From Candidatus Saccharimonadales bacterium (lineage in GTDB: Bacteria; Patescibacteriota; Saccharimonadia; Saccharimonadales; DATKHC01), in contig JBBQBA010000001.1 in assembly GCA_038317055.1 (NCBI GenBank), positions 152,153-216,152 of the forward strand: DNA of 64,000 nucleotides, in the 5' to 3' direction. Below are positions 9,280 through 18,794 of this stretch, in pieces. The notes under the pieces were generated by a model. It saw nothing but the letters and a program-made list of their open reading frames with translations. It ran no database searches and was not told the DNA's origin. Position 1 is the stretch's first letter. Each line of letters begins with the position of its first letter. Both the position numbers and the translations under genes were made by a program.

Positions 9280-10128
9280 CTAGGCTCGCAACCTACTAGT
9301 CAACCTAACTAGAATATATATAACAAAGACCAGGCTGGTAATAAAGAAACTTACTGGATATGGCTGATAATACGAAATAAAAATACCAAACCAAGTTACG
9401 ATTAATGCTACTATCGAAGATATAATAACTCCTTGAAAAGGCTTCTTACTTAATCTCTCTGCAATCGCAGCTGGAGTAACCAACAGTGCAAAAATAAGTA
9501 AAACGCCTACCACTTGAACTGCTATCGACGTTGCAACAGCAATAATAACCAAAAATAAAGCATTTAACCCAAGCACTGGCAAACCTTTTGCTTCTGCAAC
9601 ATCTTCGTCCAAGGTCGTAAAAAGTAGTGGACGATATATTAAAAGCATCGCTAATAATATGAGCAAGCCAGTAACTAAACTAATCACTACGTCTGTGCTA
9701 CTAATACCAAGAATTTCACCAAATAATATTGAATAAGCCTGTGTTGCATAACCCTTATATAGACTTATAAATAAAACACCAAGTCCAAGCATGAATGCCA
9801 GAACTGTACCTATTTGTACATCACGGTTCAGGGCCCGTTTACCCAGTGTTGCCATACCAAGTCCTCCGGTTATAGTAAAAGACAGTAAGCCAACTAAAGG
9901 GTTAATACTAATAAGTACAGCTCCTGCCGCTCCTGCAAAGCCAACGTGAGATAAAGCGTGAGCTGCAAATGATAATCGTCTTAAAACAACAAAATATCCA
10001 ACTACACCGGCAACTATTGCGATTATTGTACCTGCCTCAAAAGCATGCCGCATAAAATCGTACTGCCACATATCCTGAAGATCGATAAGTAGATTTAAGC
10101 TGAAGCTGGCAAATATCTGGTTAAGCAT
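9280..10128 (-). CDS. metal (Zn/Mn-type) ABC transporter permease (ABC-3 family)
   Basis: 282 aa, about 8 TM helices. Adjacent and overlapping the ATPase and SBP genes of a ZnuABC/TroA-type operon. Confidence 0.85.
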   Translation of the reverse strand: MLNQIFASFSLNLLIDLQDMWQYDFMRHAFEAGTIIAIVAGVVGYFVVLRRLSFAAHALSHVGFAGAAGAVLISINPLVGLLSFTITGGLGMATLGKRALNRDVQIGTVLAFMLGLGVLFISLYKGYATQAYSILFGEILGISSTDVVISLVTGLLILLAMLLIYRPLLFTTLDEDVAEAKGLPVLGLNALFLVIIAVATSIAVQVVGVLLIFALLVTPAAIAERLSKKPFQGVIISSIVALIVTWFGIFISYYQPYPVSFFITSLVFVIYILVRLTSRLRA

Positions 10129-10924
10129 GGGGGTGGGCTGACTCCTCTGTCCCTAAAATAGCAACTCTACCTTTTGAATCACGCAATACTTCAATTGGAG
10201 TTCCATATAAATTACTTAACGACTCAGAAGAAATAATCTCTGACGGTGTACCACTGGAAATTTGACCGTTTGCTACATAAATTATTTTATCAAGTACTGG
10301 GAGTAGCGGATTAAGGTCATGGGCAATCAATAGAACACTCACATTCTGGGTTTTTACTACTTTATCTATAAGTTGAACTAAGTTAACCTCATGACGTATA
10401 TCTAAATTTGCAAGCGGTTCATCAAGCAGCAGTAGGTCCGGTTTTCCAATTAGCGCTTGGGCTAGAAATATTCTTTGAAGCTCTCCCCCAGATAAAACAC
10501 CAAGTGGTTTGTGGGCAAGATCAGTCGCATCAACTTGTGCTAAAACTTCAAGTGCTTGTTTTTCATCATCATCAGTTTTTTTAAACGATTGTAATCCCCA
10601 TTTTGTACCACTTAAACCAAGCTTAACTAACTCGACTGCAGCGATGTTCATATCTCTATCTATAGGTCGACGTTGTGGTACATAACCGATTCTTGGATTA
10701 CCTTTTTTGGGATTGTTACCAAATATTTTTAGTTTACCTGAATCAGGATTGATTAATCCTAAAAGTAATTTAATTAGTGTAGTCTTGCCAGCACCATTTG
10801 GACCTAAAATACCAACGTATTCGGCTTTATTAACTTCAAAACTGGCATTATCCCAGATTAGATTACCTTTTAAACTGACCCTTAAGTCTCTAGCTTGGAT
10901 TATTGGTTTAGAATTGTCTGCCAT
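10121..10924 (-). CDS. metal ABC transporter ATP-binding protein
   Basis: 267 aa. Walker A GPNGAGKTT, signature LSGGELQR, Walker B LLLLDEP. Confidence 0.9.
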   Translation of the reverse strand: MADNSKPIIQARDLRVSLKGNLIWDNASFEVNKAEYVGILGPNGAGKTTLIKLLLGLINPDSGKLKIFGNNPKKGNPRIGYVPQRRPIDRDMNIAAVELVKLGLSGTKWGLQSFKKTDDDEKQALEVLAQVDATDLAHKPLGVLSGGELQRIFLAQALIGKPDLLLLDEPLANLDIRHEVNLVQLIDKVVKTQNVSVLLIAHDLNPLLPVLDKIIYVANGQISSGTPSEIISSESLSNLYGTPIEVLRDSKGRVAILGTEESAHPHA

Positions 10925-10926
10925 AA

Positions 10927-11850
10927 TTATTGACCTGATTCCATATAATTTAGACCATTTTGTAATTTAATTACCTGGTTATTCATCCAGTCCTGAAAAG
11001 AGGTATTCGAAGGTTGAATAGTCTCTGTAACTCCAATGATTGGTATATTTTGTTTAGTGGCTAGTTTCTTCATGTTATTAGTAAGTGGCGTAACTGTTTG
11101 TTCATTATATACCAGCAATTTTACTTGAGAATTTTCGAGCTGTTTTTGAAATTGAACCACGCTACTAGTTGGCGGGTCATTACCTTCGGCTACCGCTTCG
11201 ATAAAAGAGGTTGGCGAAACTAGATTTAGTCCAGCAGCTTGGGCAAGATAGCTAAATATATCTTCAGTTGCAGCTACATTAGTACCACCATAAGTCTGTT
11301 TAATATTTTTAATTCTATTTTGATAAATTGACAATGATTTTTGCAACGTTTCTAGATTCTTTTGAAAATAACTTGCATCATTCGGGTCTATATTAGCTAG
11401 ATTTAACTCCATTTGGTTAATTACGCTATTTACATAATCTGGGTTATACCAAAAATGAGGATTATCTCCGTTTTTCTTATTTAATAGTTTTGCTACGTCT
11501 AAAACTGTCCGATTAGAATTCGGTGTTGAACTTAATAATTTATTCCCCCAACTATCGTAACCAGCACCATTTAAGATTACATAGTTAGCATTAGAGAATT
11601 CTCGAGCATTAGCTACATTGCTTTCGTATTCGTGTGGATCTGCATTTGGATCAGAAACAATACTTATAACACTAACTTTGGCACCACCTATCTGTGATAC
11701 CAAGCTACCCCAAAAATTCTCACCAGCTACTACTTGAATAGTCCGATGATTCGTCTTAGATGTTTTGGAATTACTGATCGTAACGCCAATTACTAGTATA
11801 AATAACACCAATATCACTAAAGCAATTATAAATTTGCTCTTTCGCTTCAT
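10927..11850 (-). CDS. metal ABC transporter substrate-binding protein (ZnuA/TroA-like)
   Basis: 307 aa. Signal anchor, DPHEYE and NPHFWY motifs typical of cluster A-I metal SBPs. Confidence 0.85.
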   Translation of the reverse strand: MKRKSKFIIALVILVLFILVIGVTISNSKTSKTNHRTIQVVAGENFWGSLVSQIGGAKVSVISIVSDPNADPHEYESNVANAREFSNANYVILNGAGYDSWGNKLLSSTPNSNRTVLDVAKLLNKKNGDNPHFWYNPDYVNSVINQMELNLANIDPNDASYFQKNLETLQKSLSIYQNRIKNIKQTYGGTNVAATEDIFSYLAQAAGLNLVSPTSFIEAVAEGNDPPTSSVVQFQKQLENSQVKLLVYNEQTVTPLTNNMKKLATKQNIPIIGVTETIQPSNTSFQDWMNNQVIKLQNGLNYMESGQ

Positions 11851-11864
11851 ACCTAAATATTATT

Positions 11865-11897
11865 GGTAATGATTATGAATTGCAAATTTGTCGCAAT
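11865..11897 (-). promoter_or_regulatory. candidate Fur/Zur-type operator upstream of the metal ABC operon
   Basis: GGTAATGATTATGAATTGC (Fur-box-like AATGATTAT core) overlaps the near-palindrome ATTGCAAATTTGTCGCAAT, 15-45 nt upstream of the SBP start. Confidence 0.3.
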
Positions 11898-11928
11898 ATA
11901 CTAATATTTTGCAACTATACAAATGTTT

Positions 11929-12153
11929 TTAATTGAAAATGTGTGGATCAATAGAGTCTATATCTACAGTAGGTAGATCAGGTGCAACTGCAAGATTTAC
12001 TTGGAAATTAAGATCGTCCATTTCAAGAACTCTTGTGTCGGTAGAATTACCACGTTCTAAGAAGCTACTAAAAATAGCCTGGGTTGCTTTCGTAACTCTA
12101 GCTGGATCGACTTCTCCAAAATGATAATCTTCTGATTGTATAAAATTTTCCAT
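11929..12153 (-). CDS. hypothetical acidic protein (74 aa)
   Basis: The track ORF 11929..12270 overlaps the ClC 3' end. The internal ATG at 12151-12153 (MENFIQSEDYHFGE...) avoids the overlap. No recognisable domain. Confidence 0.4.
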   Translation of the reverse strand: MENFIQSEDYHFGEVDPARVTKATQAIFSSFLERGNSTDTRVLEMDDLNFQVNLAVAPDLPTVDIDSIDPHIFN

Positions 12154-12226
12154 TATATTCCCTTTTGATTTTATGTATAAAACCTTATTAATAATTATAC
12201 TCCTCAGATCAAGTACTAAATAATAT

Positions 12227-13906
12227 TTAGCTACTTTTAGGAAGAAGTCGAGTTGAAACGATAAATGCAACTACAACTGCAACAATAACAAGTGGTGTTA
12301 GCGCTAAACCTGCAGAAAATATCAAAAGAGTAGCAAGAAGTACTGAGGTAAATGGAAGCCGTAACATCGTCACTGCCATGGCTCCAATTCCCATTGCTAT
12401 AGCTGGAATCTCGGGCAGACCTCCAAAATGAGATAAAGCTATTCCTATGATTGTTCCGATAAACATACTTGGAAAAACTGGACCACCCCTGAAACTACCA
12501 AGTGATATGCCATAAGCTAAGCTTTTAAATAATACTAGTACTGCTATAGCTCCAAGAGTAAAGTTTGAAGGATGGCTAATAAAATAAGGCAAAGCACTTT
12601 GTCCAGAAAATAAAACATCATTTGGATTATGACCTGTGATAAACGAGTAACCAATTGCCAGTAATGCAATTGCTATTCCGCATACAATTACTACTAATAT
12701 TGTTCGATTTTCTACCTGAACTTGGTTTTTTATTTTGACACCAATTCTTTTAATAATTGTCCCAATAACTGCGCAGGCAATACCTATTACTAGTGCCCAT
12801 CCGAATTCTTCTAAGGTTGGACGACCGAAAAACGGTAGATTTGGAATAACTAAAGAAACCGAGCCTAACCCAGTTAATGATCCAAGTCCAATAAAAATGA
12901 GTGAACCTATTCCAGCACCAAGTAATCCAGGTAAGAGAGCTATTGTTGCCGTTTCACCACCCAATCCAGATGCTTCCATCAACAGAAATGCCGCAAGTAG
13001 AGGTGATCCAAAAAGTGTACTTATTGCCGCAAAACTCCCCGTTGCCGCAAAAATAGCTGCAGTTTTAGATGGTACATCCTTCTTGAGTAGTTTAATGGCT
13101 ATGTAGCCCAATCCTCCACCGATAGCAATTAGTGGTGCTTCAGGACCTATTACTGCACCTAATCCAATACTTGCTAAAGCTGCAAGTATAATACCGATTA
13201 GATCAATTGGAACTGGAAATCCTCCGGACTTAAATCCATCAGCAGGTACATGTCCACCCTTTCCCGGTAAGTATCTGATCGTTAAACCTACCAGTATGCT
13301 AGCTACAAACATAGGTAATATAACCCACCACCTTGGTGTACTTTGAAAACCAAAAGTTATTGGAAGACTTGTATATACCCAACTCTGAAGATGGTTAATA
13401 AATTGCAAGAAAAAGTAAGCGGCTGCTGATATTGGTACTCCAATAATTGCTGCAATAATTAATAGTTTTATATATTCTTTGCTCTTTAGCATAGCGACCA
13501 AATCTAATGTTTTTGTTGGAATTGTAGATGACACAGTTTTAGGTGTCTTTACTTCTTTTAGCTTCTTTGGTTTTTTTGGTTTCAAGTTCTCGGTTTTTAT
13601 ACTTGTATCACCATTCCATAGCATTCTGCCAATAGTCGCAGGAAGTTTTTTATACTTAACTTGTTTAAGGGTAAACGCTAGTTCTTTGCCAACCAGTAAT
13701 AAGCCAATAAAACCAACAATACCCTGGATAGTTAGTACGGTGAATGCTATGGCTGCTTGTGATTCTTTAGTATTTGCATTTAATTCGTTATATAAAATCG
13801 GCAAAGATAGATAAATAGGAATCCACCAAACTATAAACAGTAATACACCGATTCTTAATCTCGATACAGAAATTTTTTTGCTTCCCTGGCTGTTCATTAA
13901 CTTCAT
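12227..13906 (-). CDS. ClC family voltage-gated chloride channel/antiporter with ~150-aa N-terminal extension
   Basis: 559 aa. GPEAPL(I), GGLG and GSFRGGPVFPS selectivity-filter-like motifs. Lys-rich linker KPKKPKKLKEVKTPK after two extra N-terminal helices. Confidence 0.85.
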   Translation of the reverse strand: MKLMNSQGSKKISVSRLRIGVLLFIVWWIPIYLSLPILYNELNANTKESQAAIAFTVLTIQGIVGFIGLLLVGKELAFTLKQVKYKKLPATIGRMLWNGDTSIKTENLKPKKPKKLKEVKTPKTVSSTIPTKTLDLVAMLKSKEYIKLLIIAAIIGVPISAAAYFFLQFINHLQSWVYTSLPITFGFQSTPRWWVILPMFVASILVGLTIRYLPGKGGHVPADGFKSGGFPVPIDLIGIILAALASIGLGAVIGPEAPLIAIGGGLGYIAIKLLKKDVPSKTAAIFAATGSFAAISTLFGSPLLAAFLLMEASGLGGETATIALLPGLLGAGIGSLIFIGLGSLTGLGSVSLVIPNLPFFGRPTLEEFGWALVIGIACAVIGTIIKRIGVKIKNQVQVENRTILVVIVCGIAIALLAIGYSFITGHNPNDVLFSGQSALPYFISHPSNFTLGAIAVLVLFKSLAYGISLGSFRGGPVFPSMFIGTIIGIALSHFGGLPEIPAIAMGIGAMAVTMLRLPFTSVLLATLLIFSAGLALTPLVIVAVVVAFIVSTRLLPKSS

Positions 13907-13948
13907 TTTAACCTATAAATTCAAAACCAGGAGCCATATCAAATATAG

Positions 13949-15724
13949 TTAGTATTTTCTTGGTGCGATCGTATCTACGTATTGAGTAAACCAAGCTGGA
14001 TACGACATATTCATAAATCCCCCAGGGACAGCTATTCCATAAGTACAAACTGGTGCACCCCCTGACACCGTGGCACTACCGGGGCTGGCTATTGTAACTC
14101 CAATTAGTGGTGTAATTAAAGTTACCGCTGAGGTTGCATCACCTACGATGTTGCCATTACCTAAAAATACACCACCACTAACGTAGTTAACGCCTGTTAT
14201 TGTCGAGCCACTTACACCTGTATAACTAACAATAACCTGGATAGGGCTTGTAATATATAGCTTGTTTGTATTTATTGATAATACTCCCCCTGTTGAGCAT
14301 AAACCCAATGTTGAACTGATAGTTAATGTTGCACCACTTATAGTTGTGACATTTGTGATTGGAGTGGAACAGTAGTTCACAAGTGTAACCAAAGAGTTTC
14401 CCATATACCCACTACTTGTTGCTGCAATAGCTCCCGATCCGCTTACGTAGGTTACACCGTGAAGAGTATTACCTACCACACTACTAAAACTAGCAAGAAG
14501 AGTCGTTCCACTTGTTGCTATATTGATATAACCACTAGACCTATTAAGGTCAGCCGTGCTCCCCAACGTAATTGTTGCTCCACTAAGTGAAGTAACATTT
14601 GCGACCGCTGTACTGGTATAATTCACAAACGCAAAATTAGTGAAAGTTATTGTGTGCCACTGATTGTCTGAAGCAAAAATTCCACATTTTCCCGATAATA
14701 CAGCGTTATTTAAAGGTGCGTTACCACCTGTGTTTTTTATGTCTAATTTACCTGAAGAATTAATAGAAGTTAGCGTCGTAGGACCGGTATTAATATAAGT
14801 TGCACTGTAGCCCGCATCATCATTTGTAAAAGCGTGAGCATTATTAGTCTGATCACGTAAGATCGGTAATCCAGCGCTTGCTGAATTAGTCAGCATCTGG
14901 TCTATAGTTGAGCTAATCGGATTTACTCCGGGTAAAGATGCGGTAGATTGCCAGCCAACCGCACCATCATTAGTTCCGTAAAGAATTATTCCCGGTATAG
15001 TTACACCACTTGGATTAGTAACTCCAATAGTAGAAGTTTGACCTGCCAATAACGCGTTTGCTCCTATATCCATCCCGGCTGTACCACCGGAAAGTGGTGT
15101 AGACCAGGTGTAACCACTTACTACTTGGTTTGGTCCATAATTAGCTGGATTGGTATATACAGGACTAGTATTTGATAGTATTGTAGCTGGAAGTAGTGAG
15201 CAATAAGCAATAATTGTAGATTGACGATTAATAGCAACTGCTAGAGCATGGTATCCACCCCAGGATCCCCCAAAAGCTACTATAGGAATATTTGGATCAT
15301 ATGTAGTATGAATATATTCAACTACGTGATCCCACCAATGCATTTGGTTAGCAAGATATCTGGAACCATTTCCGGTGTCTGAATTAATATCATTCCAAAT
15401 TGCCAAAGCTCCATTTCCTGCACTAAAATCCTCTGGATACGGAACAGTAATAACAATCCAACCATCAGCTAGAAGATTAGCATCAAAATCAGCTCCTGCA
15501 CTTGCATATCCTGATATAGTACTATTTCCTATTATTGCCACAGGTGGAATCGGTTGAATTGCTACGCTAAGTCCGTGCATTCCTACGACAACACCACGAA
15601 CATTACCGACACCCATACCACCAGAAGGCATAAGTGTGACTACGTTATCCGAAGATACATTACAGACTGGTATTTCATTCGTTCCAAGCGTACCTACCGG
15701 TAAACAATGAGATGAAATACTCAT
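13949..15724 (-). CDS. alpha/beta-hydrolase-fold protein (GxSxG) with long Ser/Thr/Gly-rich beta-repeat C-terminal domain; paralog of 30095..31123
   Basis: 591 aa. The N-terminal ~190 aa align with the 342-aa ORF (HCLP.G.LGT.EIPV, ADGW, HWWDHVV, GGSWGGYHAL nucleophile elbow). The C-terminus has repeated ..YTG/YVSG.. motifs. Confidence 0.6.
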   Translation of the reverse strand: MSISSHCLPVGTLGTNEIPVCNVSSDNVVTLMPSGGMGVGNVRGVVVGMHGLSVAIQPIPPVAIIGNSTISGYASAGADFDANLLADGWIVITVPYPEDFSAGNGALAIWNDINSDTGNGSRYLANQMHWWDHVVEYIHTTYDPNIPIVAFGGSWGGYHALAVAINRQSTIIAYCSLLPATILSNTSPVYTNPANYGPNQVVSGYTWSTPLSGGTAGMDIGANALLAGQTSTIGVTNPSGVTIPGIILYGTNDGAVGWQSTASLPGVNPISSTIDQMLTNSASAGLPILRDQTNNAHAFTNDDAGYSATYINTGPTTLTSINSSGKLDIKNTGGNAPLNNAVLSGKCGIFASDNQWHTITFTNFAFVNYTSTAVANVTSLSGATITLGSTADLNRSSGYINIATSGTTLLASFSSVVGNTLHGVTYVSGSGAIAATSSGYMGNSLVTLVNYCSTPITNVTTISGATLTISSTLGLCSTGGVLSINTNKLYITSPIQVIVSYTGVSGSTITGVNYVSGGVFLGNGNIVGDATSAVTLITPLIGVTIASPGSATVSGGAPVCTYGIAVPGGFMNMSYPAWFTQYVDTIAPRKY

Positions 15725-15890
15725 TACTTAGATAAACCTGAATTCCCGTAATTTAAGTTAAAGTCACTGCTCTCAACTACGTTCAAAGTCTTATTCATTA
15801 TTTGTATTTCTACCCCTTAGTATTAGTTAAAATAATACGACATAATCAACATAAGCGTCAAGGACTAGAAAGAGTTATATATGGATTTGT

Positions 15891-16091
15891 TTACTTGGAT
15901 TTCTTAGAGGAAGATTTAGTACTAATATTGTTTTTTGGCTCCAAAGCTTTAGCAACACCCTGATAGTAAGTAACCTCAGCATTTAGCTCAGATAGTCTTT
16001 TTTGGAGGTTTTCCGCCTCTTTTATTATTTCTTGTATTTTTGCTACAGCCTCTTCATACGTACCTACTTCTGGTAGTTGTGATAAATCCAT
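15891..16091 (-). CDS. small coiled-coil protein (hypothetical)
   Basis: 66 aa. Heptad-like EAVAKIQEIIKEAENLQKRLSELNAEV. Lies in an operon-like run with the flanking genes. Confidence 0.4.
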   Translation of the reverse strand: MDLSQLPEVGTYEEAVAKIQEIIKEAENLQKRLSELNAEVTYYQGVAKALEPKNNISTKSSSKKSK

Positions 16092-16102
16092 ATCTGTCCT
16101 TT

Positions 16103-16600
16103 CTAATTTACCTGAACCATAATTAACCCGTGCTTGACAGGAAGAGTAATATATTTTAACTCCATAGTACCTAGAACAGAGTAATCAAAACAACCAGGGT
16201 CGTCAATTAAAATTATGGACTTTTTTGACATAAATGGAACAAAATATTCAACTTCGTCAGACCTGGAATTCGTACCGCTATCAATAAAAAGTAAGTTAAT
16301 TTCACTCTTGGGCTTAAAATCAACGCCTTTGCAATGATGTGCTTCTATAGGGAGTCCTTCAAAACCTCGATCACTTTTCCAGCAAATATCACATGGATCA
16401 CAAGTTATTAAATTGCCACTATTTAATTCTTTAGCCATGGCTCTAGCTGACTTTCCAAGGTATGTTCCAGATTCAACAATTAATTTTGGTTGAATAGTAT
16501 GCACTAAATTACAAATAACGCTAATAATTTCATCATCTACCTCAGCAGATATAGAACTATGAAAATTTATAGTTTGATTATCTTCTAAATGCTTAACCAT
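16103..16600 (-). CDS. probable class I SAM-dependent (O-)methyltransferase
   Basis: 165 aa. LIVESGTYLGKSARAMAKEL resembles motif I of family-3 O-MTases (ILEIGT..GYSA). LLFIDSG resembles the post-I acidic motif. Confidence 0.45.
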   Translation of the reverse strand: MVKHLEDNQTINFHSSISAEVDDEIISVICNLVHTIQPKLIVESGTYLGKSARAMAKELNSGNLITCDPCDICWKSDRGFEGLPIEAHHCKGVDFKPKSEINLLFIDSGTNSRSDEVEYFVPFMSKKSIILIDDPGCFDYSVLGTMELKYITLPVKHGLIMVQVN

Positions 16601-18393
16601 CCTGATCCATCAATCTCAGCCTGCCACGTAACGTTCGTAGTTGCTGGCCCATTCACATTAATTGCCGTACCATAGGCTGATGCTGAAACAGAAACAAAAT
16701 ATGGACAAAAGGATAATGTGGGAGTACCCGCAGCAGTTGCAGGATTAGAAATTGTGATAGATGAGCTAGTTGCTTTAGCTATTACCCAGCTTCCAGTTGC
16801 TATTCCAACTCCAGTTACAGCTTGACCAACACTAACTGAGCCAAACGTAGCGGCAGATGTAACTGTCTGTGAGTTCAGAGTAGTAGTACTTGCAGCGGTA
16901 AAAGTAGCTGGGTAAGTTCCCATAGTTAGTGGTGCTAGTGCTCCTGCCCCCATTGGTGAACCTACTAATGCTCTATTTGAAACCATAAACTCACCATTGA
17001 AAGCAACAGAATCATCTGAACTACCAGAAGCTCCACCAGTCCGTCTTGCCCATATTCTAGCTTTTACATGCTTTACAACATTAGCCATCGTAGGGTCTGC
17101 CCATATAGCTATCGCACCTGTAGTGGTTGTTTGTGCCCAATTCATTTGTTTACCGGTTCTAATTGGAGAGTTTATGTAGAAAGTTAGAGTAGAGCTAGCT
17201 GATACCGTTGCAGCAAAATTAATTGTTATAGATGATGTGGAACCCACTGCTGTTACTATCGTTCCAGTCTGTAGTCCTACTCCTGTTACTAACATTCCAA
17301 CAGCTACAGAACCAAAAAGTGCTGCAGAAGTAACGGTAGTTGAACTTGCTAGTGTAGATGCAACCGTAAAACTTGCTAAAGTTGAAAAAATCATAGATGC
17401 AACCGTAGTGGTTAACTGGGTAGGCAAACTTAATAATAGTGACGAAGATGAATTCTTTGCTACTACCGTTGTACCAGGTAAAATACCCGTTCCCATTACA
17501 TACTGACCAACCACTACAGAACCAAAAGCGGCTGATGATGTTACTGTTTGAGATCCAGCAGTAGTTGTAATAGGGTTTATTGAAGCCACTGTAGTTCCTG
17601 GCATCGATGTATATGCTATTACGTCTGGTGTATAGGTTACTCCTATTGCAGCTATCGAAGTGTTTATCACATCAAGTACGGGGCTAGCTGACTGTCCGGT
17701 TTGTGGTCCAACGCCCGGAAGATTAGTGATCGCCAAGCCTCCAATACCAAACGGTCCACGGTGTTGACTTGGCGCATAACTCATTTGCATATTCCAAGGG
17801 TTTATGATATTTAGTCCCATTGCACTATCTTGGTTTCGTAAAAATATACCGTTAGTGATAATGCCAAAACCACCAGCAATTTGAATGTTATCTATACCGA
17901 CAGCTTCGGTAACGTTTGCTAAAACAGAACCTAATGATAGCGTAAGGCCATACACACCAAAGGCACCAGCATAAGTAAACATTTGAGCTGAAAAAGCACT
18001 ATACTTACCGGTGCTTGACATACCACCTTGTGATTCTGAGCCTAACCCTACATTTCCAGAAGCAGTTATAGCATTTTGGCTATAGTCAGTAACGCCATTA
18101 GAGGAAAACAAGGGGTTCATATTAACAAGTAGCGAAGCCGAATTATTAGATAAATTTGATTGAGACGTGACACTTCCTTGAATTATTCTATTGTCATCAA
18201 TTACCATAGCTAGTCCACGTTTAGATTGGTTTGTGGCTGGTCCTTTAATATTAAAATAATATGGGAAAGGCTGTATACCAGTAAAAGTTCCGGACAAACT
18301 GCTATTTATAGGTGTAATACCACCCCATATATTTGTGGTGGCAGGTAACCCATTCTGTAAGCCAATACCTCTTTTAACTCCTTTATTTGCCAC
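16585..18393 (-). CDS. large Gly/Ser/Thr-rich beta-repeat protein of the fibre locus (hypothetical)
   Basis: 602 aa. Three ~50-aa internal repeats (..QTVTS.A.FGSV.VG..V.G.G...G..V.A..SSS...). Start overlaps the upstream gene stop (18393). Confidence 0.55.
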   Translation of the reverse strand: MANKGVKRGIGLQNGLPATTNIWGGITPINSSLSGTFTGIQPFPYYFNIKGPATNQSKRGLAMVIDDNRIIQGSVTSQSNLSNNSASLLVNMNPLFSSNGVTDYSQNAITASGNVGLGSESQGGMSSTGKYSAFSAQMFTYAGAFGVYGLTLSLGSVLANVTEAVGIDNIQIAGGFGIITNGIFLRNQDSAMGLNIINPWNMQMSYAPSQHRGPFGIGGLAITNLPGVGPQTGQSASPVLDVINTSIAAIGVTYTPDVIAYTSMPGTTVASINPITTTAGSQTVTSSAAFGSVVVGQYVMGTGILPGTTVVAKNSSSSLLLSLPTQLTTTVASMIFSTLASFTVASTLASSTTVTSAALFGSVAVGMLVTGVGLQTGTIVTAVGSTSSITINFAATVSASSTLTFYINSPIRTGKQMNWAQTTTTGAIAIWADPTMANVVKHVKARIWARRTGGASGSSDDSVAFNGEFMVSNRALVGSPMGAGALAPLTMGTYPATFTAASTTTLNSQTVTSAATFGSVSVGQAVTGVGIATGSWVIAKATSSSITISNPATAAGTPTLSFCPYFVSVSASAYGTAINVNGPATTNVTWQAEIDGSGWLSI

Positions 18394-18779
18394 TAAAGAT
18401 CACCCCCAGTTGCAACAATATTAACTAGTTGAGATCCCACAAAAGTTGCAGCAACTAACGTCCAGCCTGATTTAAGTTCCAAATTTCCATAACTGTTTAC
18501 TTGCCTAAATGGAGGTACAGCAGTTGTAGGTGTTATGGCGTTGATAACAACTGAGTCATAGAAATGGTATGTAGAACCATCGTACAAGAAGAGACCTATA
18601 ACACCTGCAACAGTCGTTCCAGTTCCAATGAAAACTACTTCCTCTATTTTAGTTCCATTAGACCCTGCTACCACAATAGTTACCGTGTTTGTGGGAGCTG
18701 TGTATGACGCATTCGCACTTGATGATACTACGTTTGAACCTATATTAGGTGTTGCTGCAAATTGTGGTGATGTTGCCAT
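18393..18779 (-). CDS. hypothetical beta-rich protein (128 aa) of the fibre locus
   Basis: ORF tightly packed between the fibre gene and the 602-aa gene. No recognisable domain. Confidence 0.45.
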   Translation of the reverse strand: MATSPQFAATPNIGSNVVSSSANASYTAPTNTVTIVVAGSNGTKIEEVVFIGTGTTVAGVIGLFLYDGSTYHFYDSVVINAITPTTAVPPFRQVNSYGNLELKSGWTLVAATFVGSQLVNIVATGGDL

Positions 18780-18794
18780 TTAATGACTCCTTCG

